This document shows positions 12,870-23,622 of a DNA stretch of 64,000 bases, piece by piece. The first letter of the stretch is position 1. Every line of letters starts with the position of its first letter. The stretch spans positions 2,480,001 through 2,544,000 of the forward strand of contig CATNEN010000007.1 of NCBI GenBank assembly GCA_950097015.1. The letters are read 5' to 3'. The DNA comes from Macrostomum hystrix (lineage: Eukaryota; Animalia; Platyhelminthes). The notes beneath the pieces are model-generated. The model saw nothing but the letters and a program-made list of their open reading frames with translations. It was not told the origin of the DNA and made no database searches. Made by a program: the position numbers and the translations under genes.

Positions 12870-15525
12870 ACTGCGAGCAATTTAAACAAGTGCCCCAACC
12901 CGTATTCAGCGTATTTTGCTATTTGCAAATGCTGTTAATGCGATTCTAGATTTCCCTTTCGCTTTTGAGGTTTCCACTTTAATACTCGAGAACTTTCAAG
13001 CGCTTATTGCAAATGAAATGTTGGAAGGCTTGATGATGAAAGTGAATCAATTCTATCTGAGCGACAGCGTAGAAAAAAGTCGGGAACAGTTTGAAAGTCC
13101 GGCTGTTATAAATGATAATGGGAAAAGAGACACAGAGAATGGTAAAAAGTTATAGGAAAGTAAGGTTAGCCTATACACAGAAAGCTGGATTCGTAGCAAA
13201 ATGCAATTCTGAGACAAAATGTCTACATTTAGGACAAGTGGAAACAGTTGAGTGGTGTCAGCAAAGCAGATCGCGATCTTTGATAACTGTCAATTCCGAG
13301 AACTCTATACGAGTGTAGCATTTCAATCCTGTTGAGCCTATACCTTCGCATGCTGTAAAAGTTGTTAAAGCCTAGGCGAACACGCAGAAAATTTACGATC
13401 AGCAATAAATGTAGCATTGCAGGCTGCAACCCAGCTAAATCCACTTGTCGAGTTTGAACAGCGGGCATAATCGGGATTTATTTAGAAAAGGCCAAGTGGC
13501 GCGATTATTAGCGGAACGAGACAGCTGGGCGCTAGTAATTTAGTGGGCCCAACAAGCTCTCCCGACACTCTATGTGAAATTTCCTCCTAACCTGCTTTCT
13601 GCCAGCGATGCTAAATCTAATAGGTTTAGGGGCCTGGAACGCACCGCTTCTCTCTTCCGTAAAGGAAATTAATGGCTTGATTATTATTTATTCCAAGAAA
13701 AAGTAGGAAACTCTCCTCAACCCATTCTTATGTTTTAAAAAGCAACAATATGATTTTTTTACTTTCTGCGTATTTTTCTTGCCTCAGAACTGCGTCTGAG
13801 TCGCTTCACACTTAATGCTGTCGTGAAACATATTTTGTATTATTGCTAGTGCGTAGTTGAGTGCATGTGTAGTTGAATGCAACCTTGCATCTACAGTTCG
13901 CATCATCGATAGAGTGCCTCACTTCATCGTACATATGTAATGTAAATGCTGTTTTGCGATTGCAACTTTTTAACAGTAGAACTACCTATAGGGGGATTTC
14001 CCCCCCCCCCTGACAATTTTTTTTGCTGCACCCGAACGGAACAATGCAACACCACGAAACTCAAGAACACGGGCCAACTTTTTGTTGCGCATCTTCTGAA
14101 ACAAGAAACAAGTCACCAGCTCTTCAGACCGTCGAGATATGTTTCTGGCCGAAGGTCCGATTTTTCCCATAAGAGCTAGTGTATTTCATTCACCCCTATA
14201 CACGAATTTGCACTGCGCCTCAGTGCGGCCTTGCCAGGCCTTTAAAATTTATCAGCATGTCACCCGAGTGTGCCTGCATCATCTCCGTCTTCGGTGGTCA
14301 CCTGCCTTTATCTAGACGGACTGCTGGACCTTCAAGGGCTACAACAGGTGGAACTAAGCTACTATGGACACCCTGATGCGAATTTCTCAAATTTCAATGC
14401 TTAAGCCAAAATATGAGGCGCAGCTCAACCACAGGACTGTCAATAAGTCTGTCAACCAATAAGTCACCACTCAACGCTGTTAGCATTCGGGCGCTGCCAA
14501 AAAAAATTGTCAGGGGAGGGAAATCCCCCCCTTGGTATAACGGGCGGAAAAATGGCTTGGTAGTCCTACTGTTAAATAGCTAATGCAATATGTTCTATTG
14601 GTGTGATTTTCTAATCAAAACGCTTTATTATAACAAAATATGTCTACCTAAACTTATTGATAAATGTCGAAAGAAAAATTTTAGTGTTTAAAAAAATATA
14701 TATATATATCACTGCACATATATGGACATGCAAATGACTCATGCGAATTAAATTCAAAGAATGCTGTAGCGTGATCCGATTTATTTGGTGCCAGCGCACT
14801 TCCCTACCTCACGCTTGAGAGTCCAGCAGGGTTAGTCCGAAAAGTTTTATCATCCTTAATTTCTAATTTATTAAAATAATTTTAATAAAGTCAATAGAAA
14901 TTATGCACTTCTGTGCCGGCCGGTACGTGGCAATCTGCAATGCTAATATAGCTATAGGCTGCTAACCCGTTGTTTAAGTCGGCTGCAAAATATTCAGGAA
15001 CTCGCTAAGCATCGTAGCGCTAAAATGCCATTGCCCATCAGTTTGCACGTGCACTTTTGTGTGTTTAAATGCTTTAACTTCTGCGCGATTATTACGGACT
15101 GCGAGCATTTGAATGTTGACGTTTTGGGATTTCATATTCTACTTTTTATTTACTCACCTAATGTCTGCTACAATCAGTGAAATTTTATAAAAATTTTCCT
15201 GTCCACCTGTTACGCATTATTTTTTCAGCGCTCTTGTTCATCGGACGAAAGAAACGGCGGAAAGGACGGGTTTGGGAATCAGGCTAAAAATAATCGCGTT
15301 CAGCATACTTCTAATTCTCAACCGTAGTGTCAAGGGGGTGGGCACTTCAACAGCTAATTTAAACGAGTGCCCCAACCCGACGTGCTGATGTTTTTCCGTC
15401 AGCGTTGCCTTAAAAAACTTCAGCGTATTTTGCTATTTGCAAATGCTTTTAATACGATTCTAGATTTCCCCTTCGCTTTTTGGGATTTTATATTCGACTT
15501 TTTATTTACTTACCTATGCTTCTTG
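12870..15525 (+). repeat. Dispersed short repeat with partial copies at about 12870-12965, 15095-15150 and 15355-15525
   Basis: Shared strings TTCAGCGTATTTTGCTATTTGCAAATGC...GATTCTAGATTTCCC and TTTTGGGATTT.ATATTC.ACTTTTTATTTACT. Confidence 0.7.
13974..14571. mobile_element. Non-autonomous DNA transposon (MITE), 598 bp, flanked by TTAA
   Basis: Termini CAGTAGAACTACC / GGTAGTCCTACTG, with inner IR GGGGGATTTCCC..CTGACAATTTTTTTT..GC..CCCGAA mirrored at 14487-14531. TTAA at 13970-13973 and 14572-14575. No ORF. Confidence 0.85.
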
Positions 15526-15636
15526 CCTATTCTTTGGCTATGCTTCACCCAGAATGGTAGTATTTACTATTTAGAAAGGCAGCCATTGGCCAGATGGTCC
15601 CATAGTCTGACTGTGGTTTGTTAGATCGTTCATACC

Positions 15637-16112
15637 AGCCGTGTTGACGACTCTTAGGCTACATCGAACATGCGCGACGGTCGCCTAATAGGCAACTCCG
15701 AACATGTTCTTTGTTCCGAGAACATGTTCTTTTAAATGAATTATTGGCTACTTTAATATAATGTATATTAAATACCGCTAGGTACTGAACACGCGATAAT
15801 ATGCGCTGTTGAAAAAAGATATATTGGTGGCTCATATTTAGGCTAAATGCTGGTATGCAGATTTTACAGACTTTACAGTAAATTACAGACATTGTAAGCC
15901 CCAGTTATCTTTACCATTATGTCTTCTTTTTTGGCCTGTAAAGGCCATCGCTTTTTCTTTATGTACATTTCTTTAGCTACATATATATATTTTACATTAC
16001 GAAGCCTTATAAATTAAAAAGAACATGTTCTCGGAACAAATAACATGTTCTGATTTGCCCATTAGGCATGTTCGATTACCGTTTCTTTGACCCTATCTCT
16101 GTCAACACGGGT
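15637..16112. mobile_element. Non-autonomous DNA transposon (MITE), 476 bp, with 9-bp TSD (Mutator-like)
   Basis: Direct repeat GTTCATACC at 15628-15636 and 16113-16121. Termini AGCCGTGTTGAC / GTCAACACGGGT. Long subterminal IR GAACATGTTCTTTGTTCCGAGAACATGTTCTTTT mirrored at 16017-16050. Confidence 0.85.
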
Positions 16113-17925
16113 GTTCATACCTGACTACTGGACGAGTAAGCCACTGTGAGTTTTGAAAAGGAGCATAAAATTGATTGTTTTTTATCGAGTAATTTCTTCT
16201 TGCGAGTCGATCAGAAACAGTACAAGCGAATCTTTGATACTGATCCTTTGTTTTAATGCTTTTCAGTAGATTACTTTAACAGACACAGACATTATTCAAA
16301 AAGTTGTCTCGAGCGCTACGTCTCTAAGTGTGTCGAACATGATCGTCGTGTGTACGTTCGGCTTACTTAGTACTAATAATATATAAAAAGCAGGGTAACT
16401 ATTTTTTTTTTTACTTGATATAGACTCATCGACATTGCTTTCTATAAATATTAACTTATTTAACTAGCACTCTGAAAGCATAGGCATAGAATTAGCTAGT
16501 CTTTAAGTGGCTTGATTTTTGCTGCCTTAACTTATGTCAATTCTTGCCTATGCTTCCATATTATTGGAAAATGTCCATATTCCATATAGTCCATATAGAA
16601 TATAGCATATACTATTACCACAGCTAGTCCTAAACGCAAACAGAGTAAAAAACGACTAAATGGCTAATCCATGGAAAATATTATTTTATTTAAAAAGACT
16701 AGACTTTTTATGTAGCTATGCTTGTAGTTGTAGGTCACCTTTTAGCTTATTTATTACCTTTCTAACACTATATGATTTCTTTACTAAGACAATTACAATT
16801 TAATTTAGTATAGTAAAGGTTTCCTGATATGAAATAAACTAATTAAGGAATCAAGGGGGTTCACACACATAATAAAAGATAATCGCTAGTATAATTGAAC
16901 CAACAGCTAGCTAGGTATAGCTATGTTGGTTTTATGCAATTTCAAGACTTGAAATAGTTTTTCAGCTAGAGCACCACTAGGCCTAATTATACAGCAAAAA
17001 TGTAATTCAGGGAGACAAGCATTTTTAATTGACTATTATAATAACAGCTAGCTGTTTTAACCTAGCCAATTAGCCATATTAATTACTACTATTATTAGCC
17101 TAGCCAATAATTAAATATTATAGTTGTAGCAAAGATATTAAATTTAGCTGCTTCAATTAAAAATTTTAGCTGAAAAAAATAGAAAAACAAAAAATAATTT
17201 TTAAGTATAATTTTAGTGAAGGTTTTATATAAATGTTTTCTTTGTTGTCTTTCAATATCTAAGCTCCTTCAGGCCTATTACTGTTATTAAGTTATACCTA
17301 AATTAACCATAACTTGTAAACTAAGTTAAAACTATGGGATTGGCAAAATATATTATTGATATTTACTAATTTCTATTCTTTATATTAATTAAAATTAGCA
17401 GTTGATTTTGCAAGCACAATTATTGGTTTTTAACTTTGTATATCATTATTCATTAATTTAAAAAGCACTAACATTCATTAAAACATCTCTTTAAGAGGTA
17501 TCTAAATTTAGTGATTATTTTTTAGTTCATATACTTTTATATGCAAAGATATTGATAAAGACAATATTGTCTCAGTTTGTTCCTAAAATTAGCATCAATT
17601 GTCAAAATTTAGATCCTAAATCTAAGGTATGTATATATGCATATATATATTGACTTGATGATTCTAGTCTCCTAAGCCATAAAACACAAATTGCTGTCAC
17701 ACCTTAATAAGTGTGTTTTACCTAAATAAAATTAGGTTAAAAATTGCATTGATACATTTCTTGTTTAAAAAGGGCCAAAACTTTTCATTTTTGCTTTTGT
17801 ATATATCCATTCAAAATGCTCACATTTGAAAATATAAAAGTGTGGTAAGTATTAATATATTTAATGTAGTCGTTGGAAATGAATGTTGTTCCATGGGTCA
17901 TTCAACACTATAAGAAATCTTCAAA

Positions 17926-18681
17926 ATGAACATATTTAACCTTAACCCATTTCCAGTTGTGCCAAATTCTACTTATAGAATGCAGCAACAATCTAACAAC
18001 TGGGCAGAACTGCCAGATTTCTTTTTCCAAGAACAATTGCCTATGCAGCAGCAACAACAACAGATTCCTATGCAGCAGCATCTGTCTGTCCAGCGACAGT
18101 CTCTGATAAGCAATCAAGAACTTCAACAGAGGCAGTTCCAGCAGCAAGCAAGGTTTCAGCTGATGCAGCAACCGCAGCAGCATCAGATGACAATACAAAT
18201 GCAGCGCAATCAACAATATCCACTAATTTCTGATCAGCCACTGCCACAGGATCAACGGCCAGGTGCTAATATGGGCTGGATATTTCAGACTTCAAATTCT
18301 TACGCACCAGAGCAGCAACAGCAGCAGCAGCAGTGGTCTCCACAATGGCGGCAGTGGCCGGCACAACAAGACGAGTTTCAACAGGCTGCATGGAATCCTC
18401 CACCGAGTGCGGCTCCGCTGAACACATTCGATGCCCAAGGTGGCTTCAGAATCACGGCGCCGCCACCGCAACCACTTAATCAGCAGCCTCCGCCTGCGTC
18501 TGATCAGGCTCAGGTCTCTGTTCCCGACTCCGATCTGGATAGCAAAGAATCAGTAGTTCCAAAGCGACCGCACCGAGAATTCCCAGCCCGATCTGTGATT
18601 GTGAAGCAGCCACTGCCTCCACCGCCTCCTCCTCAGCAGATGACGCCACAGGCGGCTGAGGCTACGAAGAGAAGCGGCCAG
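17926..18681 (+). CDS. SPATA22: SPATA22-like protein, exon 1 (Gln/Pro-rich disordered N-terminus)
   Basis: Open Q/P-rich frame ending CAG/GTACAC, phase 0, compatible with the 20749 exon. Start codon and any small upstream exon are uncertain (possible donor near 17845). Confidence 0.65.
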
Positions 18682-18759
18682 GTACACTACCACCGAAGCT
18701 GTTTGAAATTCAAAATATGAATTTTTTTAACTGTCCACTTGCAGACTCCTCACTGGTTC

Positions 18760-20650
18760 TACTCTCTGACTCTCATTCCCACTGTGTGCACTCTCTGACT
18801 CTCGTTCACACTGTTTGCACTCTCTGACTCTCATTCCCACTGTGTGAACCCACTGACTCTCATTCCCACTGTGTGCACTCTCTGACTCTCATTCCCACTG
18901 TGTGCACTCTCTGACTCTCATTCCCACTGTGTGAACCCACTGACTCTCATTCCCACTGTGTGCACTCTCTGACTCTCATTCCCACTGTGTGAACCCACTG
19001 ACTCTCATTCCCACTGTGTGAACCCACTGACTCTCATTCCCACTGTGTGCACTCTCTGACTCTCATTCCCACTGTGTGAACCCACTGACTCTCATTCCCA
19101 CTGTGTGCACTCTCTGACTCTCATTCACACTGTGTGCACTCTCTGACTCTCATTCACACTGTGTGCACTCTCTGACTCTCATTCACACTGTGTGCACTCT
19201 CTGACTCTCATTCCCACTGTGTGAACCCACTGACTCTCATTCCCACTGTGTGCACTCTCTGACTCTCATTCACACTGTTTGCACTCTCTGACTTTCATTC
19301 CCACTGTGTGCACTCTCTGACTCTCATTCACACTGTTTGCACTCTCTGACTCTCATTCACACTGTTTGCACTCTCTGACTCTCATTCACACTGTTTGCAC
19401 TCTCTGACTCTCATTCACACTGTTTGCACTCTCTGACTCTCATTCCCACTGTGTGCACTCTCTGACTCTCATTCACACTGTTTGCACTCTCTGACTCTCA
19501 TTCACACTGTTTGCACTCTCTGACTCTCATTCCCACTGTGTGCACTCTCTGACTCTCATTCCCACTGTGTGCACTCTCTGACTCTCATTCACACTGTTTG
19601 CACTCTCTGACTCTCATTCCCACTGTTTGCACTCTCTGACTCTCATTCCCACTGTGTGCGCTCTCTGACTCTCATTCCCACTGTGTGCACTCTCTGACTC
19701 TCATTCACACTGTGTGCACTCTCTGACTCTCATTCACACTGTTTGCACTCTCTGACTCTCATTCCCACTGTTTGCACTCTCTGACTCTCATTCCCACTGT
19801 GTGCACTCTCTGACTCTCATTCCCACTGTGTGCACTCTCTGACTCTCATTCCCACTGTGTGCACTCTCTGACTCTCATTCACACTGTTTGCACTCTCTGA
19901 CTTTCATTCCCACTGTGTGCACTCTCTGACTCTCATTCACACTGTTTGCACTCTCTGACTCTCATTCACACTGTTTGCACTCTCTGACTCTCATTCACAC
20001 TGTTTGCACTCTCTGACTCTCATTCACACTGTTTGCACTCTCTGACTCTCATTCCCACTGTGTGCACTCTCTGACTCTCATTCACACTGTTTGCACTCTC
20101 TGACTTTCATTCCCACTGTGTGCACTCTCTGACTCTCATTCACACTGTTTGCACTCTCTGACTCTCATTCACACTGTGTGCACTCTCTGACTCTCATTCA
20201 CACTGTTTGCACTCTCTGACTTTCATTCCCACTGTGTGCACTCTCTGACTCTCATTCACACTGTTTGCACTCTCTGACTCTCATTCACACTGTGTGCACT
20301 CTCTGACTCTCATTCACACTGTTTGCACTCTCTGACTCTCATTCACACTGTTTGCACTCTCTGACTCTCATTCACACTGTTTGCACTCTCTGACTCTCAT
20401 TCACACTGTTTGCACTCTCTGACTCTCATTCCCACTGTGTGCACCCACTGACTCTCATTCCCACTGTGTGCACTCTCTGACTCTCATTCCCACTGTGTGC
20501 ACTCTCTGACTCTCATTCCCACTGTGTGAACCCACTGACTCTTATTCCCACTGTGTGCACTCTCTGACTCTCATTCCCACTGTGTGCACTCTCTGACTCT
20601 CATTCCCACTGTGTGAACCCACTGACTCTTGTTCCCACAGTGTGCACCCC
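18760..20650. repeat. Intronic 29-bp minisatellite (CACTCTCTGACTCTCATTC[C/A]CACTGT[G/T]TG), about 65 copies
   Basis: 29-bp period with a few diallelic variant sites; lies between exons 1 and 2 of the SPATA22-like gene. Confidence 0.97.
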
Positions 20651-20748
20651 CTGACCAGTGTCCCTGATTCATCACCACAATGTCCAATTTATGTTGGACA
20701 GAGAATCAGCGACCTGAATCCTAGGCCCTGAGACCCATAACTCCGCAG

Positions 20749-20982
20749 ATCTTGCTCGCCTTTCGCCCTAGCGACACGCTGGATGCAGCCAGACGGCTGC
20801 TGCCGGACCAGCAGGCGCTGTTCGACCTGGTAGGCTGTCTGACCGGGCCGGCTAGGCCGATTCGCCGCAGCAATGGCCGCATTGGCAGCGGCGAGTGGCA
20901 GTTCATGTTGCGCGACCTTGTTGGCGGGCGCGACCCACTGAGATGCGTCTACTACGAGATGGATGATGGATCAGAAGAGTTG
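20749..20982 (+). CDS. SPATA22: SPATA22-like protein, exon 2 (OB fold, first half)
   Basis: Acceptor ccgcag/ATC, donor TTG/GTAAGA. LFDLVGCL...FMLRD...LRCVYYEMD matches SPATA22 LFEVLAVL...FLMRD...LPCVFYEID. Confidence 0.85.
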
Positions 20983-21347
20983 GTAAGATGATTCAGTGTT
21001 CAACATGATGGTCCACCACCCCCTTAGACCCATTTACTACATTAGCAGCCCTTCTTAGTCCCGAAATCAATACTTTCTGCAAATCATTTATTTTTACTAA
21101 AATAACTATCAAACTAACTAACAGCCATAGTTATTTTAGTATCTATGTTCTTGACGAAGACCCCGTTGACAAGAACATTGCTCTGTATAAACTTCTATGG
21201 CGAGTCCATATTGGTTAAGCATTGTATGAATTAACCATATAATCAATACAACATAGTAAAAAATATTATAATCTCTTTTATAAAAAAGTTTCCGACTTTT
21301 GAAAAGCCGTTTCCTTCAGTGTGTTCTGTTCCGTACCGCAACCGCAG

Positions 21348-21542
21348 GTGAAGCAGCTGCTCCAGCGGCAGCATCAGCAGGCGCAGGTGGTTCGCTGTGT
21401 CGGCCAGGCTCGCCTGGCGCAGAACCAGATGTGGTTCCAGTGCTTCTCGGTGCGAGCTTGCGACCAGAACGAGGCGACTCAGCATGCCATCTGTAGGCGG
21501 AAATGCGAATCCGAATGGTGGCGCCTGCTGAACGATGATTGA
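21348..21542 (+). CDS. SPATA22: SPATA22-like protein, exon 3 (OB fold, second half; total about 394 aa)
   Basis: Acceptor ccgcag/GTG. VVRCVG...WFQCFSVRAC matches SPATA22 HRCVG...IFQCVSVRPA. Stop TGA. Confidence 0.85.
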   Translation: MKQLLQRQHQQAQVVRCVGQARLAQNQMWFQCFSVRACDQNEATQHAICRRKCESEWWRLLNDD

Positions 21543-22291
21543 GGCGGCTCTGGTGATGGCGTTTATTTTGTTTCTTCCCTCATCCGTTGCGAGATTTTAG
21601 ACAGAAGCTACTTATCAGTAGTATTTTTAGCAATATGCAGGCCTTAGCTTTTTGGCCCATGTTGGATTGCGCAATTCTGTTGCATTTTAAATAGTATACG
21701 TCCTTTTTAGTTTTATTGGTTTTGTTACTGTTTTCTCGGAGCTTGTTTAATTTGCAAGTCTCTTAGTTTTTTTCGGTGATTTTTTCGCAGCATTTTTTAT
21801 AATAAAGCTTCCTTTCTTTACGTTTGTTGAAAAACTGTTCAAATCGCCGATGCAGTTTCTTGCGTACGACTCATTCATTTGAACCTTATTTTAAATTAGC
21901 AATCAATTAGTGTAAGTGAAAGAAGTGAATATAGACAAATCAAATAGCCGTAAATGCAGCTCTTTGATTTGACGTGCGAAATGATATTGCAAAAGTGAAA
22001 AAATCGGATGACTTTTAAGTGTTTTTGGTAGGTTGCCTAGTCAACGAACGCAATTAACCTATCGATAGCTTGGTCGATCACTTTTTCATTTAGTATCGAG
22101 GCTTGGCTTCTATGGCTGTAATTCTATTAAAGCTTAAGGCCTTAACTACAGAAAATGATAAGTTAAAATGATATCACAGAAAGTGACGATTTTCATGGTC
22201 TCGAGACAATCGCAGATTGTTCATTCTTTCATCAGCGGACGCTGTCAATGTATTAAGGTTGTTAATTAAACTCGGGTCAAACTTGTATCTA

Positions 22292-23622
22292 CCGGGTGGC
22301 CCATGCGTTTAAGGACAACCTTAAAAATAGAAGAAAGCAAAGCCAGCGGTAGCTAGAGCATAATAGTTTTGGTCATAGACAAAATAGTATCTATATAGTC
22401 TGTAGCTGCCGCGAAAATTTTCGGCAACTTAGCATTAGCCATGAATCGCGCTAAACGTTTGATGGTGGTAGACCAGCTCGCGCGGGGTATAAGCCCAGCA
22501 CAGATAGCAGAGAACCTCAATGTTGCAAGGTCGTTTGTTTACGCCGTCAAGAGCGACATTGAAGAAGTTGGAGCTGCTGCGGCAGTTGAAAGGAAACCCC
22601 ACAACTCTCCAAGACCAATCAGGTCAGAGGAGCTTCGCGAAACTGTGGCTGAGAGGATCAAAGCTGACCCTCGAGTGTCCATCAGGGAGCTTGCCAGGTC
22701 AAGTGGTGTTTCAAGGAGCACGATGCAGAGGCTGGTACACGAAGACCTTGACCTCAGTTCGTATAAGATTAAAGAATCGCAGGCATTAACAGCAACTGCC
22801 AGATCTGTTCGAGCAGAACGGTGCCGTCAATTAATCAACCGACTGAAAGGACCGGACGCCGGGAAGGTTCTGATCTTCAGCGATGAGAAGTTCTGGACCG
22901 TCGACAGGGCCTTCAATCGACAGAATGACCGATATCTGGCACCGTCAGGAGACTCCAGCTCTGCTGCGGAGGAACACCGCTTCATGCCTCGCCAGCAACA
23001 TGCCAAAGGTGCCATGTTTCTCGGTGTCGTGGCTTCGGACGGCAGGGTGGCTCCCCCGATCTGGGTACCAGCTGGAGTGAAAATCAACTCAGCCGAGTAC
23101 ATCCGCATGCTGCAGGATCATGTACTGCCATGGATTCGACACAACTTTGCCCCAGGTACGTTTGTTTTTCAGCAGGACGGCGCTCCTGCCCACACGGCTG
23201 TCGCTACTCAAGAATTTCTTCGCCGGGAGCTCGGCGAGGACTTCTGGGATGCGACCACTTGGCCACCATCGAGTCCAGACTGTTCCCCTCTCGATTACTT
23301 TGTGTGGAACAACGTGGCCCGCGTTGCATGTTTAACAACTTATGCTACCGTGGAGACTCTCCAAGTTGCTGTTAGTGCTGCCTGGTCAGCTCAGGGCCCT
23401 GCCGTCATCAGAGGTGCCTGTACCAAGTTTCGGTCTCGCATTGAAGCCGTGTATGCAGCGGAGGGGGGCTACACTGAGTAAATGTTATTTTTAGTTGCCA
23501 TCTAGACATTATGGCGGTCAGTTAAAATGTTAAAGTTTTCGTTTGTTGGTTGTTTTTATATTAAAAATGTATTACATTTGATTATTTTTAAGTTGTCCTT
23601 ATAAAACGCATGGGCCACCCGG
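22292..23622 (+). mobile_element. Full-length Tc1/mariner element of the maT (DD37D-related) group, 1331 bp
   Basis: TIRs CCGGGTGGCCCATGCGTTT(TAT)AAGGACAAC(C)TTAAAAAT at both ends; TA duplication at 22290-22291 and 23623-23624. Confidence 0.95.
22441..23481 (+). CDS. Intact Tc1/mariner transposase, 346 aa
   Basis: N-terminal HTH region; catalytic motifs FSDEK, FQQDGAPAH and WPPSSPDCSPLDYFVW. Confidence 0.95.
   Translation: MNRAKRLMVVDQLARGISPAQIAENLNVARSFVYAVKSDIEEVGAAAAVERKPHNSPRPIRSEELRETVAERIKADPRVSIRELARSSGVSRSTMQRLVHEDLDLSSYKIKESQALTATARSVRAERCRQLINRLKGPDAGKVLIFSDEKFWTVDRAFNRQNDRYLAPSGDSSSAAEEHRFMPRQQHAKGAMFLGVVASDGRVAPPIWVPAGVKINSAEYIRMLQDHVLPWIRHNFAPGTFVFQQDGAPAHTAVATQEFLRRELGEDFWDATTWPPSSPDCSPLDYFVWNNVARVACLTTYATVETLQVAVSAAWSAQGPAVIRGACTKFRSRIEAVYAAEGGYTE

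Noticed and set aside
16300-17900. Long AT-rich tract upstream of the SPATA22-like gene
   Set aside because: No repeat structure, ORF or recognisable motif could be supported.
18760-20650. Arrays of 29, 38 or 39 bp as CRISPR repeats
   Set aside because: Units are head-to-tail with no unique spacers, there are no cas genes, and the context is eukaryotic.
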